Assembly (NCBI GenBank): GCA_046583355.1
Contig: JAYGCM010000019.1
Coordinates: 1-64,000 of the forward strand
Direction of reading: 5' to 3'
Source: Deltaproteobacteria bacterium
GTDB lineage: Bacteria; Desulfobacterota; Binatia; UBA12015
Length of the DNA stretch: 64,000 nucleotides
Part shown: in pieces, positions 1 through 9,460 of the stretch
How positions within the stretch are numbered: position 1 is the stretch's first letter
How the letters are laid out: every line of letters begins with the position of its first letter
Translations under genes and position numbers: made by a program
Notes under the pieces: model-generated
What the model was told of the DNA's origin: nothing
The model's database searches: none
The model's input: the letters and a program-made list of their open reading frames with translations, nothing else

Positions 1-29
1 CCCGTTTAAACAAAAATTTTAGTAAGAGT

Positions 30-195
30 CTATTCAATTTTTCCCATATCTAATGCAATACTCCTTAACAGTTTTGGGTTATCGGTCACGATTCCATCGA
101 CTCCCAAGTTGATTAAACATCTAATTTTTTTCTCTTCATTAAAAGTCCAACTAATAATTTTAATATAGTTAGAAGTGCTTAATTTGTAGTTATCG
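30..195 (-). pseudogene. C-terminal fragment of a glycerophosphodiester phosphodiesterase (GDPD) from a low-GC source
   Basis: Manual minus-strand translation gives ...YIKIISWTFNEEKKIRCLINLGVDGIVTDNPKLLRSIALDMGKIE*, matching the GDPD C-terminal WTxN...LGVDGIxTDxP motif. AT-rich, no start codon, not in the ORF track. Confidence 0.75.
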
Positions 196-384
196 GTTGT
201 CGTCGACGTTCATCTTGACGACTTTGAGCTTGCCCTCGTATTCAGCGGCGAGCTCGTCGACCAGCGGGGCAATCGCGCGGCAGGGGCCACACCAAGGCGC
301 CCAGAAATCGATCAGGACCGGCAGATCCGACTGCAGAACCTCTGCATCAAAGGTTGCGTCTGTAATTTCACTGACTCCGGCCAT
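190..384 (-). pseudogene. trxA: Thioredoxin, 3'-truncated (64 aa)
   Basis: [35 protein letters not shown]...[13 protein letters not shown] active site; AAGGAG RBS. Stops at the GC/AT junction, lacking about 40 C-terminal residues of a typical TrxA. Confidence 0.9.
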
Positions 385-480
385 ATTCAATCTCCTTGGT
401 TTCCCGGCCCGGCCGTTTCCGGCCGCGCTCTCGGAGAAATCTAACACCGATTCCGGGCCTGTCCAGCACCCCTTGGGATC

Positions 481-511
481 GGACCTGAAAGTACGCCTGC
501 ATCCGGGCGCC
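481..511 (+). repeat. Dispersed intergenic repeat copy
   Basis: GGACCTGAAAGTACGCCTGCATCCGGGCGCC; 19/24 match to consensus CGGCCGAAAAGYAGGCCTGCATCC. Confidence 0.6.
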
Positions 512-520
512 GCTTCGGCT

Positions 521-919
521 TCAGTCGATTCCGCGAGCGGCATCGGCTTCGAGCAGGCGCGGGTTCGACACCGAGAGTTTGTCGCGAACCTCGCTACGCA
601 GGAAGGCCAGGAGTGAGACGCGAGAAGCGCCGGCATCGAAATCGCCGCGGCGCACTCGCTCGGCCAGCACCGCCATAGCGTCTGCGCTATCGCCCGCACC
701 CGCATCGCCCGCACCCGAACCGAGGACCTCGGCCAGTCCCGCCTCCGTACGCGCCCGGCGCACATCTGCGGTCGCGATCTCCCGTGCCGCCATACGCAGC
801 GCATTGGCCGTCACACGCGCCAGGAACTGACGCCTGCCGGATAGTTCGGGCACGACCTCATCATCGAGAAAGCTCTGCGCCGCCAGCAGAAGATCCTTGG
901 TCGCGGGAAGATCGTCCAT
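521..919 (-). CDS. Small helical protein (DUF6285-like), partner of APH-family kinase
   Basis: [10 protein letters not shown]...[15 protein letters not shown]...DKLSVSNPR pattern; starts 1 bp after the kinase stop. Confidence 0.7.
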   Translation of the reverse strand: MDDLPATKDLLLAAQSFLDDEVVPELSGRRQFLARVTANALRMAAREIATADVRRARTEAGLAEVLGSGAGDAGAGDSADAMAVLAERVRRGDFDAGASRVSLLAFLRSEVRDKLSVSNPRLLEADAARGID

Positions 920-920
920 T

Positions 921-1943
921 TTAGAGCGCCTTTCCTTCCATCAGGTTGAGCAATTCCCACTCGGTCTCGGCCGCGCGCCGACCGATCATGCCGAGCTCGA
1001 TATTGCGTGATTGACCGTCGAGGAAGGGTCGCACCTGGACCAGCGTGAAGACACCCCAGCGCAGATTCCCGTACACCTCCCACCAGCGCAAGGCGTCAGT
1101 ATCGACCGGCCGACCACTTGCCTGCTCGTAGGCGATGACCAGCGCGGCGCGGTCGCCAACACCACCGCAGGTGAGCTCGTCGCGCCCGAAGCGCCAAGAG
1201 CGACCACAGAGCCAGCCGAGGTCTTCGATCGGATCGCCGATATGGGCGAGTTCCCAATCAAGCACGGCACGCAAGCCGTCCTCGGCGACCAGAATATTGC
1301 CGATACGAAAATCACCGTGCACCAGAGCGCCGCCGCCCGATGGCGGCTCATGCGCCAGAAGCCAGCGTAGCGCCAGCTCAAAGACCGGATGCGGCTCCAG
1401 CGTGACCATCCGGTAGAGGGCCTCTATCTGATCGACAGCATGACGGGCATGCGAAACCTCCGCCTGCGGGCGTGGCAGGAAGGCGAGTTCGGCCGTCGCC
1501 GGGTCGACCCGGTGGATCCCCGCGAGCGCCTGCGCAAGTTGCACGGGCAGCCGCTGCCGCGCCAAAGCAAGTTTTTCATCCTTGACGATACGGCGGCCGA
1601 TACTCTCCCCCGCGATCCGTTCCATCACATAAAAGGGACGGCCGATTGCCTCTTCGCCGACATGGACGGGGCGTGGCACCGGCACCCCGGCGGCGTGCAA
1701 GACACGCAGAAGAGCGAACTCCTCGGGCGCGCCGAAGGCGCTGACGCCGCCCGGCCGGAAGGCCAGCAGCACCAACTCCTGATGCTCACGCATACCGCCT
1801 CGAGCCAATTCCAAGTCAAAGGAAAAGGCGGAGCGAACAGCGCCGCCGGTCATGGTACGGAAGGCCGAAATCCGCGCGGCGTCGGCACCCGCCTCGGCGC
1901 GGAAGACCGGCTCCAATCGGGCAACCATCTCATCGGGCGACAT
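921..1943 (-). CDS. APH-family phosphotransferase (ACAD10/11 N-terminal-like)
   Basis: LVHGDFRIGN and VLDWELAHIGDPIEDLGW motifs. Confidence 0.9.
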   Translation of the reverse strand: MSPDEMVARLEPVFRAEAGADAARISAFRTMTGGAVRSAFSFDLELARGGMREHQELVLLAFRPGGVSAFGAPEEFALLRVLHAAGVPVPRPVHVGEEAIGRPFYVMERIAGESIGRRIVKDEKLALARQRLPVQLAQALAGIHRVDPATAELAFLPRPQAEVSHARHAVDQIEALYRMVTLEPHPVFELALRWLLAHEPPSGGGALVHGDFRIGNILVAEDGLRAVLDWELAHIGDPIEDLGWLCGRSWRFGRDELTCGGVGDRAALVIAYEQASGRPVDTDALRWWEVYGNLRWGVFTLVQVRPFLDGQSRNIELGMIGRRAAETEWELLNLMEGKAL

Positions 1944-1950
1944 CGCCGAT

Positions 1951-1956
1951 ATTCTA
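1951..1956 (-). promoter_or_regulatory. -10 element of putative leaderless transcript
   Basis: TAGAAT, 7-nt spacer, then ATG at 1943; no SD in the spacer. Confidence 0.55.
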
Positions 1957-2009
1957 ACCCATTGAAGGGAGCTTCGTTAGCCGTGGTGGCATCGAGCGCG
2001 AGGGGGTCG

Positions 2010-2015
2010 TATGGT
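2010..2015 (+). promoter_or_regulatory. -10 element of putative leaderless transcript
   Basis: TATGGT, 7-nt spacer, then ATG at 2023. Confidence 0.45.
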
Positions 2016-2022
2016 GGTGGCG

Positions 2023-2607
2023 ATGCAAGATCTCATCCGGGCCGCCGTTGCAGAGTCCATCCGGGTCAAGGAAGTCTTCCTCGCCGAGCAAGCAGCCAAC
2101 CTCGAGCGGGTCGCCAAGCTATGCGCCGAGTCATTGAGCCAGGGCCACAAATTGATGCTCTTCGGCAATGGCGGGAGCGCGGCCGATGCGCAGCATATCG
2201 CGGCCGAGTTCGTGAACCGCTTCCGCATCGAGCGCCGGCCGCTGGCGGCGCTGGCGCTGACCGTCGACACCTCGGCCATCACCGCAATCGGCAACGATTA
2301 CAGCTTTGAAGAGATTTTTTCGAAACAGGTCCTCGCGCTCGGGCAGGCCGGCGATGTCGCCATCGCGATCTCGACGAGCGGCAACTCACCCAATATCCTA
2401 CGCGCCATCGAAGCCTGCGGCGACAAGGGCTGCTTCGTGGTCGGACTTACCGGCGGTACGGGCGGCAAGATGCAGAACCAAACCGATTTCCTTCTCAATG
2501 TCTCTGCCACCAGCGAGACGGCGCGCATCCAGGAAACCCATATCCTGGCCGGTCATATCCTCTGCGATCTGATCGATCACCTTCTCTTCCCCAGCGAGCA
2601 CGACTGA
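2023..2607 (+). CDS. gmhA: D-sedoheptulose 7-phosphate isomerase
   Basis: FGNGGSAADAQHIAAEFVNRF, NDY, ISTSGNSPN and TARIQETHI motifs. Confidence 0.95.
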   Translation: MQDLIRAAVAESIRVKEVFLAEQAANLERVAKLCAESLSQGHKLMLFGNGGSAADAQHIAAEFVNRFRIERRPLAALALTVDTSAITAIGNDYSFEEIFSKQVLALGQAGDVAIAISTSGNSPNILRAIEACGDKGCFVVGLTGGTGGKMQNQTDFLLNVSATSETARIQETHILAGHILCDLIDHLLFPSEHD

Positions 2608-2632
2608 GGCTTGCCGCCCGGCGCATGAATCG

Positions 2633-3457
2633 ATGGCAAACTTCGCACCTCGGAAGAATAGGTTTCTCGCTCTGCTCGACCAGAACCTGGAACTCTTCGG
2701 TGTCGCGGGGCGCTTTATCGACTACGGCGCCGGCTCGCCGGATGTCGGCGAACATATCGTCTCGGGCGAGCGCATGGACCGGGGAATCGCCTACGACCCC
2801 TCCTATACAGAGACGATGCCCCGTCCCCGCCAAGGGCTCCATCCCGACCTCGCCTTCACCAAGGACGTCTCCGATACCGCAGAAGAATTCGATCGCGCCG
2901 TCCTCTTCGACGTCATCGAACATGTGCCTGACGCCGCCGGGACCTTGCAGGATCTTCATCGCCTGGTGCGCAAAGAAGGCTGGCACACCTTCGGGATGTG
3001 TTCGGCTGAGCCGCATATCCGGGCGGCCGAGGCCCGTGGCGTCAAGGTACTTCCCTACGAACTCGATGCCGAAATGCCACAGCGCTTCAGGACCATCTCT
3101 CTTTTTCACGTGATCGAACACGAAGATAACCTCGGCGAAACCCTCGCCCGCCTCGACCGTCTCGGCCTGATGAATTACCGGTGGGTTCGCGAGTCCAATT
3201 TTTCACCCGAATACTCGTTCTTCACTTTCGTACAGACGATCGCCAACGCCTTGCTGCCCTTCCAGCGCGACTCATTCTACCGGGTGCTGCGCAGCCAAAG
3301 TGGCTCGACGGCCGGGTGGCTCGCCGCCGGCATTACCGTCGTGCTCGGCGTAGCCTTGCTACCGCTTTTCCTTGTTTACCAACCTATCACCAGCCTCCGC
3401 CGCCGGGGCTGCATGGTGGCCCAAACCTTCAAGGAGGCCGACCTTGCCCCGCAATGA
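2633..3457 (+). CDS. Class I SAM-dependent methyltransferase-like protein, apparently a fused or degenerate tandem
   Basis: IDYGAG motif I; two motif-IV-like segments (LFDVIEH, LFHVIEH); hydrophobic C-terminal segment. Confidence 0.6.
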   Translation: MANFAPRKNRFLALLDQNLELFGVAGRFIDYGAGSPDVGEHIVSGERMDRGIAYDPSYTETMPRPRQGLHPDLAFTKDVSDTAEEFDRAVLFDVIEHVPDAAGTLQDLHRLVRKEGWHTFGMCSAEPHIRAAEARGVKVLPYELDAEMPQRFRTISLFHVIEHEDNLGETLARLDRLGLMNYRWVRESNFSPEYSFFTFVQTIANALLPFQRDSFYRVLRSQSGSTAGWLAAGITVVLGVALLPLFLVYQPITSLRRRGCMVAQTFKEADLAPQ

Positions 3458-5387
3458 GTCGCGTTGGTGGTCGCTCGCCCAGGGGCGGCCTCCCCGCGAT
3501 GCGGCTACCCTGGCCGAGCCGCCCCTCGGCAGCGAGCCCTTGACCGCGCTGGCGTGGGTTCTCCTCAGCTTGGCCGCGGCGACCGTGATCCTCTGGGTGC
3601 AGGCGCGCACCAGCTGGTACCTCGCCATCGACCAATTCGGCTACCTGAGCTTTGCTCGCGATCTGGTTCTGGGCCAGGCGACACATTCCTCCGATGTCGG
3701 GGAGTTGTTGAACAGCTTCATGCCCTTGCACGACTCAGACGCGCTCGGCCAGACCTATGTGATGCGCGGCGGCGAGCTCTTCAGCCGCTACGCGCCCGGC
3801 TTTCCTCTAATTCTCGCGGCCGTGAGTGCACTCTTCGGAGAACCGGCCGTGCATGATGTGAACGCGGTCGCCATGGGGCTGCTGCTCGTCGTCTTTGCCT
3901 GGCTGGTCGCGCGGCTATTGCACTCGGCGTGGCTCGGTTTGGCCGCCGCGATTCTGGCAACACTCCTTCCCAACGAACTGCTTCTATGGTCGATCTCGCC
4001 GCTACGCGACATCCCGTGTCATGTCGTGGCCTTCACCGCGCTGGCCTTGCTGCTGCCCTCGCGTTCCGGCGTGCTGCCCGGGCGCGCGCGGTTGATGCTC
4101 GCGGGGTTCGCGCTTGGCTACGCGGTCTCGATGCGGGTCGATGCAATCCTCTATCTACTGCCGGCCATAGCCTTGGTATGGCTCGCTCGTCCCTTGCCGA
4201 TTTCCGCCATCGCCTCCGCCGCCTTTGCCTTTCTCCTCGGCATCCTGCCTCTACTTGCCTACAATCAGGCCGCGACCGGGAATCCCTTTCGCCCGACTCA
4301 GGCGATGGAATTCAAAGCCCTCTTGTCGAATATTCAGCCCGCGGCGATAGTCGCCTCGGTCTTCGCGCCGCGCGAGTCGCACGCCGCCATCCCGAAGAAT
4401 GGCCCGATGCAATACCGCCGCCTGGTCCAGGGCGGGGGCTTCCGACTCGCGCACCTGCAGCGCACTCTGCCGGGCAATCTACGCCATTTCGAGGCGGTCT
4501 TCGGTCCGCTCGGTCTCGGCCTGGGCCTGCTGGGCGCGCTTTTTTCGCTACGCCGCCCACGACTATTCTTCTTGACGGTGCCCTATATCTGCACCTCCAT
4601 CGTTTTCTTCAGCTTCTGGACACGGCCGGATTCGCGCTACCTGGCCGGAGCCATATTGCTCTTCACGCCGCTGGCTCTCTACGGCTCTGGCAAGGTCCTC
4701 AGCCTGCCCGGCCTGTTGCGAGAAAGAGGCCGGCCGGGAGTCGCGCTCGCACTCGCGCTGGGCATTGCCGCGCTCGCCCTGGCCTACGGATTCAACGTCA
4801 ACACGGCCGTGCGAAGCGCCCTCCCCTGGGCGACCTTCTGCTGGCTGGCCGCAGGCGCCCTCGGTGCGCTGATCGCCGCTACGGTCGGACGCGCGGCGGC
4901 CGGGCAAAGCTTCGCCATCGCGCTGGCCTTGCTCCTCACCTTGGTTTTCGGCTGGCGGACAGAGCGCAGCTGGGGAAACCAGGCGAGCTTCCAAGCCGCA
5001 GAAGTCGCGCAAGCCCAGCAGCGATTCGAGAGCTTCGTCCCGCCGGGGTCGATCGTCTACACCAGCTACCGCTACGGCCGCCCCGCCGAGAATATCAATT
5101 ATTATACGAGTTCCTCAGCGATCTACCTCGAAGAGTTATTACACTGGGGAATGTCGCAGGGCGCCGCATTGAAGATCCCGGCAAGCACCGGCCATGCCGT
5201 CTTCCTCCTCGTGACACCGGTTGAGGCCGAACGCTGGCGGACCAACCCCTGGACCGCGTCATTCCTCGACGCCGAACTCGTACGCGATATCCGGCCCGGC
5301 GAGGCGCGCGATTTCTTCGTCGCATCACCGCGCCATCGCGGGCTGCATCTGCAACTCGTCCGCCTCCGTATCAAGAGCCCCGGTTGA
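3372..5387 (+). CDS. Polytopic membrane glycosyltransferase (GT-C, ArnT/PMT-like); start uncertain, possibly TTG at 3540
   Basis: Many TM segments; acidic DQFGY loop after the first TM; YAPGFP; SRYL late loop; soluble C-terminal domain. Confidence 0.7.
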   Translation: MFTNLSPASAAGAAWWPKPSRRPTLPRNESRWWSLAQGRPPRDAATLAEPPLGSEPLTALAWVLLSLAAATVILWVQARTSWYLAIDQFGYLSFARDLVLGQATHSSDVGELLNSFMPLHDSDALGQTYVMRGGELFSRYAPGFPLILAAVSALFGEPAVHDVNAVAMGLLLVVFAWLVARLLHSAWLGLAAAILATLLPNELLLWSISPLRDIPCHVVAFTALALLLPSRSGVLPGRARLMLAGFALGYAVSMRVDAILYLLPAIALVWLARPLPISAIASAAFAFLLGILPLLAYNQAATGNPFRPTQAMEFKALLSNIQPAAIVASVFAPRESHAAIPKNGPMQYRRLVQGGGFRLAHLQRTLPGNLRHFEAVFGPLGLGLGLLGALFSLRRPRLFFLTVPYICTSIVFFSFWTRPDSRYLAGAILLFTPLALYGSGKVLSLPGLLRERGRPGVALALALGIAALALAYGFNVNTAVRSALPWATFCWLAAGALGALIAATVGRAAAGQSFAIALALLLTLVFGWRTERSWGNQASFQAAEVAQAQQRFESFVPPGSIVYTSYRYGRPAENINYYTSSSAIYLEELLHWGMSQGAALKIPASTGHAVFLLVTPVEAERWRTNPWTASFLDAELVRDIRPGEARDFFVASPRHRGLHLQLVRLRIKSPG

Positions 5388-6666
5388 GGCCAGGCCGCCA
5401 GGCCATCTCCTCGGTCACAGGGCATGGTGCGTCCGCCTCGGGCGGGTCGCCCAGCGGGAACAACTCGAGCTCGACCGGCGATGTGCGAATGATCGGGACG
5501 ACCAGCGATTCGGCCCAGACCGGACCGAAGAGGCGGTCGCTGGCCGGGTGGACGACGAGAAGAGCATAGAGGCCCAGGAACCCGGCCATCAGAAGGAAGA
5601 GACCGGCGGGCGTGAACGCTGCCATGGCAGCGCCGCCCAGCGCCGGGCCGAGAGTGGAACCGCAGCCGTAGATCAGAAGCAGACTGGTCGAGATCGAGAT
5701 CGCGTCCGCGTTGCTCGCCTCATCATGTGCCTTGGCAAGACAGAGAGCGTAGAGCGAAAAACACATCCCGCCAAAAATGAATCCAGCGAGCCAGTTGGGC
5801 GCATAGCCCGAAGCCGCCAGAGCCCCAATGCAGGTTGCCGCGAGCGCCCCGCCGATGCTCGTACCTGCGAGCAGCGCGCGGCGGCCGAAACGATCCGCCA
5901 GCAGAGCAACCGGCCATTGCAGGCAGGCGCCGCCGAGAATCACACTGAAGCTGAACAGGGCGGCATCGGCTGGTGTGCGGCCGAGTGCGGTCACGAATGC
6001 GGTACCGAGGCCCCAGAAGGTCCCGACCACCGCACCCGCGATCAGGCTGCCGAGACTCGCGAGCGGGAATTCCTGAATGGCGTCAAGCAACTTCGTCCGC
6101 GGCGCGGGGATCATATCGGGCTCCGGAATCCGCGTCATCACGACCGGAACCAATGCCAACGAGCAGCAGATCGCGGCGAGCTCGAAAAGAGACGCCGTAT
6201 GCGCCTCGCCGAAGGCCAAGGGCAACTGGCCGAGCGCGAGACCGGCGAGCGTGACCATCTGGTAGATCGCGAAGATTCCGCCACGGCTCTCACGCGTGGC
6301 GACGGTGGCGAGCCAGGTCTCGATCACGATAAAAAGACCCACGACCGAGCTTCCCGCCGCAAAGCGCAAAAGCGCCCACGGGAGCGGATGGACCCATTGC
6401 GGATGGCAGAGCGCGACCACGCCGGCCACCGCAGCCGCGGCCGCAAAGGCACGGACCAAACCGACGCGCCGTACCACCGCGGGCCACCAGAAGGTCCCGG
6501 CAATATATCCGGCAAAATAGGCCGACATCACCAGCCCGAAGACGTCGAGAGGCATCCCGCTGGCCGGCCCGCGGACGCCGAGCAAGGCACCCAGCAGGGC
6601 CATCCCGAACATCGCCATCCCGATGCCGAGGAAGGGCGCTAATAGAGCTGTTTCTTTCGTCGTCAT
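5371..6666 (-). CDS. MFS transporter (YcaD-like)
   Basis: MSAYFAGY, VIETWL, LQWPVALLADRFGRR (motif A); about 12 TM segments. Confidence 0.85.
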   Translation of the reverse strand: MTTKETALLAPFLGIGMAMFGMALLGALLGVRGPASGMPLDVFGLVMSAYFAGYIAGTFWWPAVVRRVGLVRAFAAAAAVAGVVALCHPQWVHPLPWALLRFAAGSSVVGLFIVIETWLATVATRESRGGIFAIYQMVTLAGLALGQLPLAFGEAHTASLFELAAICCSLALVPVVMTRIPEPDMIPAPRTKLLDAIQEFPLASLGSLIAGAVVGTFWGLGTAFVTALGRTPADAALFSFSVILGGACLQWPVALLADRFGRRALLAGTSIGGALAATCIGALAASGYAPNWLAGFIFGGMCFSLYALCLAKAHDEASNADAISISTSLLLIYGCGSTLGPALGGAAMAAFTPAGLFLLMAGFLGLYALLVVHPASDRLFGPVWAESLVVPIIRTSPVELELFPLGDPPEADAPCPVTEEMAWRPGLNRGS

Positions 6667-6932
6667 CTGCTGTTTTTTCTCGCGTACCACCCCCCTCCCG
6701 GCGGCCCCGCAAGATCCCGCGGAAACCACTGCGGCAGCAGCGGAAAACAGGACCGGACCCAGAGCCAGAACAAGGGCTGGGTGCACCTAACGACGCGCCG
6801 CGTCGTGCGCAAGGATCTGACGAAATTTTTTCTCCCAGCCCGGTAGGCAGCCACCCCGATTGCCTAGAGGCACCTCGTGATGGCGCAGATCCAGGAGCGG
6901 CCGGCGGGTTCGCACCGAAAGCAATGCGAACG

Positions 6933-6938
6933 TATGCT
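6933..6938 (+). promoter_or_regulatory. -10 element of putative leaderless transcript
   Basis: TATGCT, 7-nt spacer, then ATG at 6946. Confidence 0.5.
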
Positions 6939-6945
6939 GGCAACG

Positions 6946-7938
6946 ATGCAGAATCGCAAAACTGGTCCCGACCTCCCGCTGCCACCGCGGCCAAAACTCG
7001 ATCTGCGCCGGGCACGCACCTACCCGCTCGCCGGACGACCCAGCAAGGTGCAGGTCGATGAGTTGCCGGAGCCGCTCTGCGCCGGCCTGAGCTTTGCCGA
7101 ATTCCTCGACCGCGTGCCGAATATCCTGGCAGGTGCGGACCTCCGCAAGGCGGTCGCGGCGATCACCAAAGCGCGCCGCGGCGGCCGCGGGGTCGCGCTT
7201 GGCATGGGTGCGCATCCGATCAAAGTCGGACTCTCGCCGATTCTCATCGACCTGATGGAGCGCGGCGTGATCACCTCGGTGGCTTTGAACGGTGCCGGCA
7301 TCATCCATGATTTCGAGATGGCCGCCGGCGGTAAGACCTCCGAGGAGGTGGGACCGGGGCTCGACAAGGGCAAATTCGGCATGGCGCGTGAAACCGGCGC
7401 CACGCTGAACCGGGTGATTCGCGCGGGCGCGAAGAAAAATCTCGGCATCGGCGAGGCGGTTGGCGCGCATATCGCGCGGGGTCGCTACGCGCATAAGAAG
7501 AACAGCATCCTGGCGGCCGGAGCACGGCTCGGCGTTCCGATCACGGTGCATGTCGCGATCGGTACGGACATCATCCATATGCACCCAAGCGCGGACGGCG
7601 CCGCCATCGGCAAGGCCTCGATGCGCGACTTTCATTACCTCGCCGAGATCGTCGCGGGGCTCGAGCGCGGCGTTTATATCAACCTGGGCTCGGCCGTGAT
7701 CCTACCCGAGGTCTTCGTGAAGGCGCTGAACCTTGCGCGCAATCTTGGCCACCGTGTGCGACCGATCACCACCCTCGACCTCGACTTCATCCGGCATTAT
7801 CGCCCGGGCGTCAACGTGGTGAACCGCCCTACCGCAGCCGGTGGCGAGGGCCTGCGCATCACGGGGCATCATGAGCTGCTTTTTCCGATGCTCGCAGGTG
7901 CTATCCTGGAGGCTCTGGCGAAGCCGCAACGCGGCTAG
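6946..7938 (+). CDS. Deoxyhypusine-synthase-like conserved protein (GSU2086-like family)
   Basis: GAHPIKVGLSP, IIHDFEMA..G.TSEEV, FGMARETG, HVAIGTDIIHMHP, GSAVILPEVF, GHHEL. Confidence 0.75.
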   Translation: MQNRKTGPDLPLPPRPKLDLRRARTYPLAGRPSKVQVDELPEPLCAGLSFAEFLDRVPNILAGADLRKAVAAITKARRGGRGVALGMGAHPIKVGLSPILIDLMERGVITSVALNGAGIIHDFEMAAGGKTSEEVGPGLDKGKFGMARETGATLNRVIRAGAKKNLGIGEAVGAHIARGRYAHKKNSILAAGARLGVPITVHVAIGTDIIHMHPSADGAAIGKASMRDFHYLAEIVAGLERGVYINLGSAVILPEVFVKALNLARNLGHRVRPITTLDLDFIRHYRPGVNVVNRPTAAGGEGLRITGHHELLFPMLAGAILEALAKPQRG

Positions 7939-7946
7939 CCTCGACC

Positions 7947-9002
7947 ATGGAAGAACCGCTTACATATCCCCCCCACGTTCATCGCTGGGAGTCCCAGCCG
8001 CCACCGCTGCCGCCGGCGACGCCGATGCAGCGAAAATCCCCCACGATTCATATCCTGCTCTTCCTCGCAACGCTGGTGACCACGACCGCGGCCGGCGCCT
8101 TGCAGCGAGGTGCCAGCCTCTGGAGCGATCCGGCCTCGATTGCCCTCGGCCTGCCCTTCTCCCTCACCCTCCTGCTGATCCTCTTCTGCCACGAGATGGG
8201 CCATTATGTCTGCGCCCGCCACCACGGCATCCAGACGACGCTGCCCTATTTCATCCCCGGACCGCCCTTTCTGATCGGGACCTTCGGTGCCTTCATCAAG
8301 ATGCAGGGAATGCCACGCAACCGCGCGGCCCTCTTCGATGTTGGTGCGGCCGGACCCTGGGCCGGCATGATGGTCGCGCTGCCGGCCGTCGCGATCGGAC
8401 TTTCCTGGTCCGAGGTCCACCCGCTGGCAGCGGGCGCCGACGCGCCCTTTTCCCTCGGTTCGTCCATGCTCTTCACCTGGCTCGGCGAGGCGATTCTCGG
8501 CGTGGACCCCGAGAGCGTGACCATCCTGCTGCATCCAGTCGCGATCGCAGGCTGGTTCGGCTTCTTCGTGACCTTCCTCAATCTTCTGCCGGTCGGGCAA
8601 TTGGATGGCGGGCATGTCGCCTACGCTTGGCTGGGCAAACGCCATCGCGTGGTCGCGCGCGGCTTCTTGCTGCTGCTCATCGGGCTCTACCTGATCCCCG
8701 GCGGCTGGGATGGCTGGCTGCTCTGGGCCGGCCTGCTCTTCTTTGTCCTTCGCATCGACCACCCCGAAACCGCCGACCGCGACACCCCGCTCGACCCGAA
8801 GCGTCAGGCGGCGGCGTGGGCGACTGCGGCGGTCTTTGTCGTGACCTTCATGCCGATTCCTTTCGAGGTGAATCCAGGTTCGGGCAATGAGCCCCCGCGC
8901 ATCGAACGTCGCCACCGCCCCGACCCGCCACCTCGCGACCTTGTCGAAGTCGGCGCCGATGTGGACGAGACGCGCGAAATCGGGTTAACCATCTCCCTAT
9001 GA
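7947..9002 (+). CDS. Site-2 protease (M50 intramembrane metalloprotease)
   Basis: HEMGH zinc motif, GAAGP and NLLPVGQLDGGH. Confidence 0.92.
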   Translation: MEEPLTYPPHVHRWESQPPPLPPATPMQRKSPTIHILLFLATLVTTTAAGALQRGASLWSDPASIALGLPFSLTLLLILFCHEMGHYVCARHHGIQTTLPYFIPGPPFLIGTFGAFIKMQGMPRNRAALFDVGAAGPWAGMMVALPAVAIGLSWSEVHPLAAGADAPFSLGSSMLFTWLGEAILGVDPESVTILLHPVAIAGWFGFFVTFLNLLPVGQLDGGHVAYAWLGKRHRVVARGFLLLLIGLYLIPGGWDGWLLWAGLLFFVLRIDHPETADRDTPLDPKRQAAAWATAAVFVVTFMPIPFEVNPGSGNEPPRIERRHRPDPPPRDLVEVGADVDETREIGLTISL

Positions 9003-9460
9003 GTGGAGATCGCCTTTCCTGGGACCAGTATTTCCTCACCATCACCCGTCAGGTAGCCGAGCGCTCGACCTGTACGCGCGCCAAGGTCGGCGCGACGATC
9101 GTGCGGGCCAAGAGCATCCTCGCCACGGGCTACAACGGCTCGCCCTCAGGCGCGCCGCATTGCACCGAGGTCGGCTGCCTGATCGTCGAATCGACGACGC
9201 CCGAGGGCGATACCGAGGAAAATTGCTTCCGCACCATCCACGCCGAGATCAACGCGATTGCGCAAGCCGCCAAGAACGGAACCTCGATTCAGGGTGCGAG
9301 CGTCTACATCACGCACTCGCCCTGTTTCCATTGCCTCAAGACGCTGGTGAATACAGGGATTGAAGCGATCTACTTCGAGAAGCCCTACAAACTCGACCGC
9401 GTAGCCGAGTTGGTCGGGCAGACCGGCATCACGCTCCACCAGGTCGAATTTACCGGCTGA
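8999..9460 (+). CDS. dCMP deaminase (ComEB-like)
   Basis: SWDQYF, RSTC, GYNG, HAEINAI and SPCFHC; ATGA overlap with the upstream gene. Confidence 0.9.
   Translation: MSGDRLSWDQYFLTITRQVAERSTCTRAKVGATIVRAKSILATGYNGSPSGAPHCTEVGCLIVESTTPEGDTEENCFRTIHAEINAIAQAAKNGTSIQGASVYITHSPCFHCLKTLVNTGIEAIYFEKPYKLDRVAELVGQTGITLHQVEFTG

Noticed and set aside
4..11. GTTTAAAC (PmeI site) at the window start as vector or adapter
   Set aside because: A single 8-mer in AT-rich DNA with no other polylinker sequence.
385..804. N-terminal extension of the 204-aa ORF on thioredoxin
   Set aside because: Overlaps the DUF6285-like gene in another frame; a clear RBS and ATG lie at 384.
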